From positions 1 to 41,154 of the IMG/VR virus record IMGVR_UViG_3300019458_000063: a DNA stretch of 41,154 nt; one strand, written 5' to 3'. The DNA is from a virus. The position numbers and the translations under genes are program-made. The notes beneath the pieces are model-generated. The model worked only from the letters and a program-made list of their open reading frames with translations. It was not told where the DNA came from and did no database searches. Within the stretch, counting starts at the first letter, position 1, and every line of letters starts with the position of its first letter. Positions 31,640-40,646 of the stretch are shown in pieces.

Positions 31640-33439
31640 ATGATCGAAGAACTGACCACACCCGTCGACGCATTGACATTCGAGGCGCTCTTGCCAAACC
31701 TGCGCACAACCGAGCTGGTTGACGCATGCGACAGACTAGGACTGCTCGGTGACTGGAGTCTCGATGGATTGCCGCCGGACCTGCGCGGCGACGGTATCCT
31801 TCAGTGGCTGGACTGGGCACCAGGTCGTGGCCACCAGCTCGCCGACAACATTCGATCCTGGAACGCTTACGATCGCCTGCGTGAGTCGTTCGGCTCAGAC
31901 GCCGACTCCAAGGCCTCGTTCCTCCGGCCGCTGGGCGAGGAGCGAATCTATGAGTTGCTCGACGACGAAGCCATGAGCAACCCGAAGGCGCAGTCGCGGC
32001 CATGGAAGGTGTTTTGCTCGAATCGCCACGCGCCATTGACGGCCGGTTTGGCCAACGTGCTGTGGACGCAGCATACGAACCCAGACAAGACGCCGGCCGA
32101 GATCGCGGGCAGGCTGAACGAGATGCCGGAAGGTTACCGCGTGTTGCGCGGCAATGGCATGCTTACAGTGTGCAGGCTGCCGGTCGACGCGGCGGGGAAG
32201 GTGGTGCAAGGCACGCGCGATGGCGACTGGGAATTCCCGGCGGCCGATTATCCCGTCGGCCATCTCGGAAGAACCAACGAGAAGCGCCGCGCTCGTGGCG
32301 TGCTGTGCGAGCGCTGGGCCAACGAGACGATCAATCGCTCCCGAGGATGGCTGGAGCAGTTGCAGGCGCTGGCTCCGAAACTCGATGGCTTGATGCTCGA
32401 CGTTGAGGAGGACCTCACATGGTGGGATACCTACAACCAGACCACGCCGACGGGCGTGGCGGCGATCGACCACTTGCGCGCGATCTTCCCCGAGGTCGAT
32501 ACGCTCTTGGGCTTCGACGCCAGCACATGGCGCACGTGGCGGGCGCGGGACGAGAAGAGCAGCAAGTTCAACGAGCTGTTCTACACACTCCACGGAGAGG
32601 ATATTTCGCGCGTGGCGGCGATGGTCTCGGCCATCTGGCCCGAGTTCGTCTCGGTCGCCAGCAACTACGAGCACAGCCGCAAGTGTTCGCGGCAACCCAA
32701 CGGGAACGTAATGAAAAATTGCCAGTCTCCGTTCGGCGTTGGGGCACTGGTGCACGGGCACGGCGGCAAGCCGATGTATGGCGGCGCCAGCGAAAAGTGG
32801 GACGCGAGGAGCAATTCCTTTCTGTACCCTCCCGGTGGAATAAATCCTTGGAACGTGCTGCGCTCTCAGATGATGGGACTGCGGGCGCATCAGTTCGCCT
32901 CGAAAGCGCCCTGGATTCCGTTCATCACATGCAAGGCGCGCGCGACGGGCATGCAGGAGTCCGATTTGTACCAGGAGAGCTTGATTCATGGCATGATGGC
33001 GAACCCCACTCGGTTCATCTGGGGCTGGTTTCCCTCGGCCGGCGAGTTCGGGGAAGTGACGCGCGAGCAGCTAGAGTTGCTCGACGGCGTGCTGGAGCAC
33101 GTGGGGCAGGTCGTCGGCCTGGAGGATCGCCGGCCGCTACCGCCGGCGGAGATCGTGGACTATGGGAGCGAGTGTGTGATCTCGCGCATGGATGTGGGCG
33201 GCGCGATTGTGTGGCGTATCACTGGCGAGTCGCCTCCAACGGTGCTGCTGACTTTGGATGGCGTTGTCGTCTCGTGCGGGTCGCGATCCATTGCCATTCC
33301 GCGCGGAGAAGAGATGCAAGACAGTTCGTTAGCCTCAGCGGGTGTCTGGATACGTCAATCCAACCGAGTGGGTTGCGAGGCCGAGACGTGGCGATTGAAG
33401 CGCGCCGCCTGCGCGGCGCTGATCGCGGCGACGAGATAG
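31640..33439 (+). CDS. Large hypothetical protein (599 aa), no motif recognised
   Basis: Starts at ATG 31640 (MIEELTTPVDALTF...) within track ORF 31397..33439, 2 nt after the Dam stop. Confidence 0.65.
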   Translation: MIEELTTPVDALTFEALLPNLRTTELVDACDRLGLLGDWSLDGLPPDLRGDGILQWLDWAPGRGHQLADNIRSWNAYDRLRESFGSDADSKASFLRPLGEERIYELLDDEAMSNPKAQSRPWKVFCSNRHAPLTAGLANVLWTQHTNPDKTPAEIAGRLNEMPEGYRVLRGNGMLTVCRLPVDAAGKVVQGTRDGDWEFPAADYPVGHLGRTNEKRRARGVLCERWANETINRSRGWLEQLQALAPKLDGLMLDVEEDLTWWDTYNQTTPTGVAAIDHLRAIFPEVDTLLGFDASTWRTWRARDEKSSKFNELFYTLHGEDISRVAAMVSAIWPEFVSVASNYEHSRKCSRQPNGNVMKNCQSPFGVGALVHGHGGKPMYGGASEKWDARSNSFLYPPGGINPWNVLRSQMMGLRAHQFASKAPWIPFITCKARATGMQESDLYQESLIHGMMANPTRFIWGWFPSAGEFGEVTREQLELLDGVLEHVGQVVGLEDRRPLPPAEIVDYGSECVISRMDVGGAIVWRITGESPPTVLLTLDGVVVSCGSRSIAIPRGEEMQDSSLASAGVWIRQSNRVGCEAETWRLKRAACAALIAATR

Positions 33440-33472
33440 GGCGAAGGATGGCCAGTCCTGGGAGGAAGAAAC

Positions 33473-33607
33473 ATGAGTGAGACATGGTATGACATTGAAT
33501 GCCCAGACTGCTACGGCGAGGGCTGGGAAAATGAGGACGAGATGATATCGTGCGAGCGATGCGATGGCACGGGTTACATCGTGGAGATCAGGGAATCGGA
33601 GGAATGA
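33473..33607 (+). CDS. Small DnaJ-type zinc-finger protein (44 aa)
   Basis: Hand-translated MSETWYDIECPDCYGEGWENEDEMISCERCDGTGYIVEIRESEE has two CxxCxGxG motifs; GGAGGAAG ribosome-binding site. Confidence 0.55.
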   Translation: MSETWYDIECPDCYGEGWENEDEMISCERCDGTGYIVEIRESEE

Positions 33608-33608
33608 A

Positions 33609-33887
33609 ATGAGCGAGCGAATCGCGGCCGCGCTGGCGCTGGCCAAGGCGTTGATTGATCGGCCGGAGAAGTGGCGCAAGGGGGCATCGTCGAAGACTGA
33701 CACCGCGATCTGCGCTTCACAAGCTATTTACGAGGTCTCAGGCACGCCAATATCCGCTCTGCAGTCCTTGAGAGCGGCGATCGGCGGGAAACGCATTGTT
33801 GGCTGGAACGACGCGCCGGAGCGGACGCACGCCGAGGTCATGGCCGCGTTCGATCTGGCCATCGCGGCGGAAAGGGATGAGGCATGA
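33609..33887 (+). CDS. Hypothetical protein (DUF6197-like pattern)
   Basis: Starts at ATG 33609; KWRKGASSKTDTAICASQAI...GWNDAPERTHAEVMAAFDLAI. Confidence 0.5.
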   Translation: MSERIAAALALAKALIDRPEKWRKGASSKTDTAICASQAIYEVSGTPISALQSLRAAIGGKRIVGWNDAPERTHAEVMAAFDLAIAAERDEA

Positions 33888-34114
33888 TTACATCCTGCGC
33901 TGAATGCGGACGAAAGACGCGGCAGATCGACGCGAGCATTTACGCTGGCGATTACCAGTCCGACGACCCGCAGTTGTACGCGACTGCACGGCAGTGCGTT
34001 CAATGCGGAACGGTCTATGAAGTCCGCAAATTTCGCAAACAAGTTCGGGTGATCGAACGGATAAGCTGCCGGTTTCTGCCGCCGCAAAGCAAATGGGAGG
34101 AGCCGAGGCTATGA
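33884..34114 (+). CDS. Small zinc-ribbon protein
   Basis: CAECGRK...CVQCGTVY; ATGA overlap with the upstream gene. Confidence 0.5.
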   Translation: MITSCAECGRKTRQIDASIYAGDYQSDDPQLYATARQCVQCGTVYEVRKFRKQVRVIERISCRFLPPQSKWEEPRL

Positions 34115-34162
34115 GCAGCGATCCGTTTGTACGTTTCACCTTTAATTGGAGGATCATAAGCC

Positions 34163-34537
34163 ATGAAACCAGACACGAACGCGGAGAAAATCAGACGGCT
34201 CGCTAGCCTGGCGAAGTCCCTGGGGTGGACGTTCAAGAAGGGAAGGGTCATCGAGTACGATAATGGTGAATTTCAAAAGTGGGGGTGTATTCTGGGCGGG
34301 ATTGGGTTCGCTGTCATGGGCGGCGTCATCCACGATGACGGCTATCTCACTTGGTCGAACTTGAAGAGAGCCGCGCAGGAAGAGTTCGGCGTCGTGGCCG
34401 CAAGTGAAATGGAGAACGGATTCGAGGGGTGGCGTCGGTATGACTCTGATACGTCATCCGAGTGCTACAAGGCCGGCGCGGCCGTGGCCAGGAAGTATCT
34501 CAAGAAGCGGCGCGTCAACAAGACGACTAGCAATTGA
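34163..34537 (+). CDS. Hypothetical protein
   Basis: 124-aa ORF with a GGAGGA ribosome-binding site. Confidence 0.55.
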   Translation: MKPDTNAEKIRRLASLAKSLGWTFKKGRVIEYDNGEFQKWGCILGGIGFAVMGGVIHDDGYLTWSNLKRAAQEEFGVVAASEMENGFEGWRRYDSDTSSECYKAGAAVARKYLKKRRVNKTTSN

Positions 34538-34597
34538 CCAAGGTTTTGCATACGATTACGTTCGGGGAATGATCCCAGAGAAAGGGAGGTAATCACA

Positions 34598-35017
34598 ATG
34601 TCTTCCGTCGTGATCTCGCTCGTCATCGCCCTCGTACGCTTGCTTTTCACGCGCGGTGATCCGATCGGACTCGTTGCCGAGGACATCGCGCAGGCGCATG
34701 CGAATGGCGATCGTCTTCGACTGATCGGCGCGATCCGCAAACTGATCGAGTTGATTGGCCAGATTGATTTCTCCAAGTGGGCCGACTTCGCCGAGTGGCT
34801 GCTGGAAATTCTCGCTCCCTTACTAGCGCCGGCTGTCGCTTCCGCATGGTGGACAGCGGCGCTCGCGTCCGTGAGCCTGGACGTGACATGCGTTGACGAG
34901 GCAATCGCGCAGCATGCCACGGCGCAGGGCACGCCCACGGCGATCGACCGCGACGCGCTAGTACGACTCGTTCTGGCGATCATCAAATTGGTGATGCTGC
35001 TCACGGGAAAAGCATAA
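34598..35017 (+). CDS. Hypothetical hydrophobic protein
   Basis: 139 aa, AGGGAGG ribosome-binding site, hydrophobic N- and C-termini. Confidence 0.55.
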   Translation: MSSVVISLVIALVRLLFTRGDPIGLVAEDIAQAHANGDRLRLIGAIRKLIELIGQIDFSKWADFAEWLLEILAPLLAPAVASAWWTAALASVSLDVTCVDEAIAQHATAQGTPTAIDRDALVRLVLAIIKLVMLLTGKA

Positions 35018-35028
35018 GCGACCACGTC

Positions 35029-36078
35029 ATGGATGACACCAAGCACAGGCTGCCGCATTGCGAGAGTGAAGAGGTTTCCGTCCCTCTCGCGCAGACTCTC
35101 GATTGGTCGATCGAGTTCCTGGGCATTCCCGGCTCGTGGCAAAAGACCGCCGGCGAGGGGGTGAAAGTCTGCGTGCTCGATACAGGCTATCCCGAGGGGC
35201 ACCCGGACCTGCGCGGGGCCTTTGATTCGGGCTCGGTGGCCGACTTCACGCAGAACCGCGGCGACGGCGTTGACCGCAATGGGCACGGATCGTGGTGCCT
35301 GGGCATGATCGGCGCGCGGGCCAATACGATCGGCGTCAAGGGCATCGCGCACGGCTGCCGGTTGGCCAGCGGCAAGGTGCTCGGCGACAGCGGCGGCGGA
35401 ACGAGCGCGGCCATCGTCAATGGTATCGCCTGGGCCGTGTCGATTCGCGCCGATGTCATATCCATGTCATTTGGGGCCGCATACGAGGATGCCGCGATTC
35501 GCGAGGCCGTCGAGCGAGCCAGCCAGGCTGGCTGCATGATGTTCTTCGCGGCCGGCAACAATGGCAAGCGAGGCTCGATGGGCTGGCCGGCGCGCTGGGC
35601 CTCTCGAAAGTGGGGCTCGGCCATCGGAGCCTGCGACAAGAGAGGCGAGCGGGCGATGTTCTCCTCCTGGGGGCCGGAGCTGACCGTGATTGCTCCGGGA
35701 GTCGAGATGCTGTCACTCGCGCCGAACGGCCGATATGCGATCTTGACGGGCACGAGCATGGCCACGCCCGTGGCGGCGGCGATCGGGGCGCTGGCGATCG
35801 CCAAGCACCGCAAGGAGGGCGGCGCGACCGACCTGAAAACCAACGCCGACATGCAATCACATATCGTGCGCGGCGCTCGCGACATCGGGCAGCCGGGCTA
35901 CGATGAGGAAACCGGTTACGGCCTGATCAACCCGGCCGGCGTGCTGATGGACGAGAAGCCACCCGAGCCACCACCGAAGCCACCGGAAATAGTCAACCCG
36001 CCATTGTTGCAGTGTGGTCCGTATGGCCTCTATTCTCCGGCGCGCGCGGGGGACTTGTTCAGTCTGGGGACAGTTTAA
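35029..36078 (+). CDS. Subtilisin-like serine protease (Peptidase S8)
   Basis: Catalytic triad motifs VCVLDTGY (Asp), NGHGSWCLG (His) and GTSMATP (Ser). Pro-rich C-terminal tail. No obvious signal peptide. Confidence 0.85.
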   Translation: MDDTKHRLPHCESEEVSVPLAQTLDWSIEFLGIPGSWQKTAGEGVKVCVLDTGYPEGHPDLRGAFDSGSVADFTQNRGDGVDRNGHGSWCLGMIGARANTIGVKGIAHGCRLASGKVLGDSGGGTSAAIVNGIAWAVSIRADVISMSFGAAYEDAAIREAVERASQAGCMMFFAAGNNGKRGSMGWPARWASRKWGSAIGACDKRGERAMFSSWGPELTVIAPGVEMLSLAPNGRYAILTGTSMATPVAAAIGALAIAKHRKEGGATDLKTNADMQSHIVRGARDIGQPGYDEETGYGLINPAGVLMDEKPPEPPPKPPEIVNPPLLQCGPYGLYSPARAGDLFSLGTV

Positions 36079-36079
36079 G

Positions 36080-37192
36080 ATGCTGCTTGTCGCAATCGCA
36101 TACCTCTCAGGTGTGGCAACCGTTCCGGTTATCGCCGTGATGCTATTGATGATCGACGCGAATCGTTCGCGAAGGATCATGCTCCAGCGGGAGCGCGAAG
36201 TGTCGGCGCTGAGAAAACTATTGGTCGGGGCCATACTGATTGTTGGTTCGTACACCCAGGCCCAGCCGCCGGCGATTACGCCTCCCGGAGGAATCCCGAT
36301 CACGCCGGAGCGCGTCGAGCTGGGGCGCAAGTTGTTCTTCGATCCGCGGATTAGCGCCGATGGCACGATCGCCTGCGCGACCTGCCATCGGCCCGACCAC
36401 GGGTTCGCGGACGACACGCCAACATCTCAGGGGATCGACGGCGCGTTCGGAACGCGGAACGCTCCGAGCGTGATCTACTCTAGTTATTCTCCTACGCAAT
36501 TTTGGGATGGCCGCGTGCTTGGAACGGCGGCGCAGAGTTTGGCGCCGCTCACCAACCCCGACGAGCTGGGGAACGCATCGCGCCAGCAGGTGATCGACCG
36601 ATTGAATCGGATCGCCGGTTATCGCGCAGCCGCGCAGCGCGCGTACGGTGGACCATTGACGGAGCGGCGTTTCGCCCATGCGATTGCTAGCTTCGTGACA
36701 TCAGTGATCAGCTTCGATGCTCCCATTGACCGGCGCGTGGCTGGTTACAGCCGCGCTCTGACCCCTCCAGCAGAGCGCGGCTACCAGCTCTTTCATTCGA
36801 GCAACTGTTTCGAGTGCCACGCCTACCCGTTCATGACGAAGTTCACGTTCGCGAACAATGGGGCCGCGCGTGCGATCGGCTCGCGAGACCAAGGGCGGTT
36901 CGCGGTGCTGGGTCCGAACCAGAGGACGGACAAGGATCGTCGCACGTTCAAGATTCCCACGCTGCGCGAGATCGGCCGCACATGGCCCTACATGCACAAT
37001 GGTGGTGTGCTGAATCTCGATGACGTGATTGACGGCTACTCTCGTGGCTGGAGTGACGACCCTCAAAAAGACCCACGAGTAGTACAGCACCAGTTCACGG
37101 CGGACGAGAAGCGCGATCTCGTGGTGTTCCTGCGCGAGGCGCTGGCGAGCCCGAGTTACCCGAACATCCAGTCCCCGGGGATGTACCGATGA
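36080..37192 (+). CDS. Di-haem cytochrome c peroxidase / MauG-family protein
   Basis: Two CxxCH motifs (CATCH, CFECH) and IPTLREIGRTWPYMHNGG. N-terminal hydrophobic or signal segment. Alternative in-frame start at ATG 36179. Confidence 0.85.
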   Translation: MLLVAIAYLSGVATVPVIAVMLLMIDANRSRRIMLQREREVSALRKLLVGAILIVGSYTQAQPPAITPPGGIPITPERVELGRKLFFDPRISADGTIACATCHRPDHGFADDTPTSQGIDGAFGTRNAPSVIYSSYSPTQFWDGRVLGTAAQSLAPLTNPDELGNASRQQVIDRLNRIAGYRAAAQRAYGGPLTERRFAHAIASFVTSVISFDAPIDRRVAGYSRALTPPAERGYQLFHSSNCFECHAYPFMTKFTFANNGAARAIGSRDQGRFAVLGPNQRTDKDRRTFKIPTLREIGRTWPYMHNGGVLNLDDVIDGYSRGWSDDPQKDPRVVQHQFTADEKRDLVVFLREALASPSYPNIQSPGMYR

Positions 37193-38076
37193 TCTTCACG
37201 ATCATGCGACGCATCGCGCTGGTCTGCATGCTGATATTTGGGGCCGGCGCTGTTGTCTCGTTCGGCTTTCTCGGCGCGGCGTTGTGGCATGACTACTTTG
37301 ACGCAGGGTTTGCGATCCAAACGGTGGCGCTGGGGAACGAACCAGACCCGCTGGACGGAACCCGCCTAAATCCCGGCGGCGTGGGAGTTTTTCCCATTTC
37401 GACCACGCCGCCGGCCGTTTTTCTGTCGTCCGTGCTTCCGGCGGCCCGCATCACGGGGCCGCAGGATGCGATCCTGGGTGACAAGATATACCTCTCGGTC
37501 GAGACCACTGGAGAGGCCCGATCGTTCGCCTGGAGTGTGGCCCCGGACGTGGACGGCCTCGACGCCGCCGAACGCAAGGCTAGTTTCTCGAATCGCTCAC
37601 CAGGGGTGTACACGTTCTTCGTGTCCGTCGGGTTCGACGGCGGCGCTGTCGCCCACGACATGTGGCAAGTGGAGATATTCCCACTGCCGGCCGATCAGCC
37701 GATCAGCGTGCAGGATTTGGTCTCTCCGCCTCAGCCGCTGGATGTGGGAATGCTGGTCGCACAGTGGGTTGCCGAGGTGCGGAGCACGAGCAAGCAGGCC
37801 GAGGCAGTAGTGATTGCCGGGTCGTTTCGCTCGGTGGGCAACCTGTTGGCCACTGGCCAGGCTACCGATGGGGCCGACCCACTACGGAGCCTCGAACAGG
37901 CCTGCGAAGAAGCGATCGGCCCTGAACCGTTCGCACGGTGGGAGTCGTTCTTTGCTAGACTGAGGTCGCTGGTCGAGCCGCTGAATCAATCGGGTGTATT
38001 GAGTAGTAACGTCGAGTTCGCGAGATTCCTCAACAACATGGCACCGCTGTTGGAAGCGGCGGTGACCGAACCGTGA
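37189..38076 (+). CDS. Membrane-anchored hypothetical protein
   Basis: 295 aa; N-terminal TM segment (IALVCMLIFGAGAVVSFGFLGAAL); ATGA overlap with the peroxidase gene. Confidence 0.6.
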   Translation: MIFTIMRRIALVCMLIFGAGAVVSFGFLGAALWHDYFDAGFAIQTVALGNEPDPLDGTRLNPGGVGVFPISTTPPAVFLSSVLPAARITGPQDAILGDKIYLSVETTGEARSFAWSVAPDVDGLDAAERKASFSNRSPGVYTFFVSVGFDGGAVAHDMWQVEIFPLPADQPISVQDLVSPPQPLDVGMLVAQWVAEVRSTSKQAEAVVIAGSFRSVGNLLATGQATDGADPLRSLEQACEEAIGPEPFARWESFFARLRSLVEPLNQSGVLSSNVEFARFLNNMAPLLEAAVTEP

Positions 38077-38089
38077 AAGGTGGTGTGCG

Positions 38090-38665
38090 ATGCGTAGTCT
38101 TGTTTGTGCTCTGGTGATTTTGTTTGTGGTCGGCGCTGTCAATGGTCAGTGTGCCCAGACTCGGGCCGTGAGTGCCGCCAATTTGCAACTTGGCCAGCAA
38201 GTAGTGCTGCCGATGGTATCGCAGCCACAGGCCAGTTCTCAGGCGACATCTCAAGCTGTTTCTCCACAGATCGTGATGCGTGTGCTCCCACCGGCGTCGG
38301 CGACCGCCACGGCAGGTCCAGCACAGTTGAGCCCAGAGCAACAAGTGGCCGTGCAGGCGATTCTGGCGCAACCTCCCACAGCCGGAAACATCTCAAGTCT
38401 GCTCGAAGTTCTCCGCGCGGCACATTCAGAACCAGCCTCGGCTAAGTCCCAGGCACAAGCGGTAGCGCCTGAAATCTTGGTCGAGCCGGCAGTCTGCGCC
38501 TCTGGGACTTGCGGTCGTTCGGTTAGCCGTAGCGTGTCGATCTCGCGCACGAATAGCCGAAGCCTAGCCGGAGCCCTAACTAGGGCCGTGCTATTGCGGC
38601 CGAGGATTTTCGCCAGGCGGTACTCCAGCACGAGCATCGCGATCTCGCGCCAGGTGACCAGATAG
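38090..38665 (+). CDS. Secreted low-complexity (Gln/Ala/Ser/Val-rich) protein
   Basis: Signal-peptide-like MRSLVCALVILFVVGAVNGQ; basic Ser/Arg-rich C-terminus. Confidence 0.5.
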   Translation: MRSLVCALVILFVVGAVNGQCAQTRAVSAANLQLGQQVVLPMVSQPQASSQATSQAVSPQIVMRVLPPASATATAGPAQLSPEQQVAVQAILAQPPTAGNISSLLEVLRAAHSEPASAKSQAQAVAPEILVEPAVCASGTCGRSVSRSVSISRTNSRSLAGALTRAVLLRPRIFARRYSSTSIAISRQVTR

Positions 38666-38756
38666 GAGGATATGATCGACAAGGGAACGCCCGCGGCGCG
38701 CGGGCAGGGACGCCCGAACACAAGCGCGCCGCGGGTTTTCACGAGTTGGGGCAAGA

Positions 38757-39089
38757 ATGGTCCACAGCGCGAATGGAAGATCGAAGTTCGGGTTAATGGA
38801 GTGGCTGACCGCGGCCGTGATGGTCTGCGGAATCGCCGCCAACGGCGCGTATTTCGTCTGGTTCGTATCCGCGAATCAATCCCAGATGCAGGCGCGCATG
38901 CAAGCTATCGACAGCCGTGTAGAGGACTGGTATGAGGTTCCGCGAGTCAACGCTTCACGGTTGGCTTCGATCGAGCAGGAAGGAAAAAAACGCGGCGAGG
39001 AAATCGCTCGCCTGAATGCACAGATGGAGAATGTCCGTGAGCTTCTCCGTGACATCCGAGACGACTTGAGGGCCGGAGCAGGTCCGTAG
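38757..39089 (+). CDS. TM plus coiled-coil protein (holin/spanin-like architecture; speculative)
   Basis: WLTAAVMVCGIAANGAYFVWFV followed by a coiled coil; alternative start at ATG 38796. Confidence 0.45.
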   Translation: MVHSANGRSKFGLMEWLTAAVMVCGIAANGAYFVWFVSANQSQMQARMQAIDSRVEDWYEVPRVNASRLASIEQEGKKRGEEIARLNAQMENVRELLRDIRDDLRAGAGP

Positions 39090-39096
39090 AAAAAAC

Positions 39097-39780
39097 ATGC
39101 CCACACTGATTCGACCAACTGGCTCACCTCTAGAGCAATGGGGGACCAACGGCGGACCCGGACATTGGACTGCAGTCGATGACGTTGTGACTCAGCCCAC
39201 GATTGCTAATCCAGATGGCCAGCATATCTTCGCCGCGGGCTCATTGTTCGGAAGCCCGAACATGTCCGGTGTGCGCGAACAAATCACATTCCCCATTGAC
39301 CCTTCCTCGGGCCCCGTGAGAATTGATGCCTGGGTTCTGGCATACAGCAACCCGGTAACGGGCGGCGATCGCGTCAACCTATCGTCCAGGGTGCGGTCCG
39401 CTGGAGTCTGGACGGCAGAGCAGACAGTGCTAACGCCACTCCTGGCGAACATCACGTGGACGTTGTTCACGTTTTACATACCAGAGGTGAACAATTTTGT
39501 TTTGGAGCTGATCGCGGGAACTCTCCGCGATGGCCCAACGATTGATCAGTTAGTGGTTCCCGTCGTCTACCTGGAATGGGAGACGATCCCCCCTGTAACG
39601 TGGCGCGTGGATCGCGTGCAGTCCTTTATTTCTGGCGCGACGCACGTACAGTCGTTTCAGCCAGCCAACCGCATGCAAGCGTTCGCTCCAGGGGCGAATC
39701 GAGTACAGGAGCTTGTTCCAGGCGTCGACCGCTGTCAATTCTTTCTGCCCGGAGTGGATAGAATGCAACAACCCAGTTAA
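39097..39780 (+). CDS. Hypothetical (structural-like) protein with C-terminal short repeats
   Basis: 227 aa. The N-terminus (LIRPTGSPLEQWGTNGGPGHWTAVDDVV) resembles a widespread phage family of unknown function. The C-terminus has six xPGxxRxQxF repeats. Confidence 0.55.
   Translation: MPTLIRPTGSPLEQWGTNGGPGHWTAVDDVVTQPTIANPDGQHIFAAGSLFGSPNMSGVREQITFPIDPSSGPVRIDAWVLAYSNPVTGGDRVNLSSRVRSAGVWTAEQTVLTPLLANITWTLFTFYIPEVNNFVLELIAGTLRDGPTIDQLVVPVVYLEWETIPPVTWRVDRVQSFISGATHVQSFQPANRMQAFAPGANRVQELVPGVDRCQFFLPGVDRMQQPS
39607..39777 (+). repeat. About six degenerate 27-30-nt coding repeats (PGxDRxQxF)
   Basis: VDRVQSF/ISGATHVQSF/QPANRMQAF/APGANRVQEL/VPGVDRCQFF/LPGVDRMQQP. Confidence 0.7.
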
Positions 39781-39796
39781 TACAGGCTCGAAAACG

Positions 39797-39877
39797 CGAA
39801 AAAGCCTAACACCGATAGCAATTTTTTTGCCCAGTGAAACCAGGATTTAGAATTCCCTATAATAAAGGGGCGAAAAG
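39797..39877 (+). promoter_or_regulatory. Repeated promoter-like element, copy 2 (see 29235..29317)
   Basis: cgaaaaagcctaacaccgatagcaaT7gcccagtgaaaccaggatttagaattccctataataaaggggcgaaaag, followed directly by GTG 39878. Confidence 0.5.
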
Positions 39878-40315
39878 GTGGCAGCGATCGCACCGGGTGA
39901 TATCCCCGTACTGAAAGCGTACGAGGACGGTAGCTGTGTTATCCTCACGCACATCCGCGACGACGCGAACACGAGCCTTACTCCCTCGCTTGTGAGCACG
40001 GGAGGGATTGTCTACACGCTCACGCAACTAATCAATGGCCCAGGCGTGGCCGGAACGTCCGTCGTGGGACACACCGCCGTGGCGCTCAATCCGCCGAGCT
40101 CTTACATCGAGACGAGTGTAGTGACCACAAAGGGGTGGGATACCAACGAGGACGCGAGTGGTTGGAATTTTCGACACTCGATCAACATTGGTACGAGCCC
40201 GGCGTTTGCAGAGAGCGGACTGTACGAGTACATGCTGGTCGTCACGCCGAACAATGGATCGCAGCCGTGCAAGTTTGTCACGTACGTCAACGTGACGCCG
40301 GTTGCTGGATCATAG
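39878..40315 (+). CDS. Hypothetical protein (possibly structural)
   Basis: 145-aa ORF, GTG start directly after the repeated promoter-like element. Confidence 0.55.
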   Translation: MAAIAPGDIPVLKAYEDGSCVILTHIRDDANTSLTPSLVSTGGIVYTLTQLINGPGVAGTSVVGHTAVALNPPSSYIETSVVTTKGWDTNEDASGWNFRHSINIGTSPAFAESGLYEYMLVVTPNNGSQPCKFVTYVNVTPVAGS

Positions 40316-40328
40316 AAAGGTACAGGAA

Positions 40329-40646
40329 ATGGCAAGAGGATACCACACACAATCGACACGCATCGACGGAACAAGCGATCAGGTGGTCGCCGCGGCCAAG
40401 GCCGGCTACCTCATCCGCGTGTATGCGATTTACCCAACGGGCTCCGCGTCAGCGATCCTGACTTTGAAGAACACGACCGCCACGACGACGATCATGGGGC
40501 CGATCGCATATGATGCGTCGTTCGGCAGCCCGGTTCCCTATAACCCTGACGGCTGGTGTCAGACTCTTGTTGGCGATGGCCTAACAGCGAACACGTCAAC
40601 GGGCACGGGTAACAGCACCATCACTTGGCACTACGAAGAATCATGA
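40329..40646 (+). CDS. Hypothetical protein
   Basis: Starts at ATG 40329 (MARGYHTQSTRIDG...) within track ORF 40302..40646. Confidence 0.5.
   Translation: MARGYHTQSTRIDGTSDQVVAAAKAGYLIRVYAIYPTGSASAILTLKNTTATTTIMGPIAYDASFGSPVPYNPDGWCQTLVGDGLTANTSTGTGNSTITWHYEES

Noticed and set aside
31895-32989. 364-aa minus-strand ORF and the 353-aa plus-strand ORF 32419..33480
   Set aside because: Both are alternative frames of the 599-aa gene 31640..33439. They have extreme Arg/Gly/Ala composition and no ribosome-binding site or motif.
34465-35352. 295-aa minus-strand ORF, plus 35187..35885 (-) and 35292..35906 (+)
   Set aside because: They overlap the hydrophobic-protein gene and the S8 protease gene, whose catalytic triad fixes the true frame.
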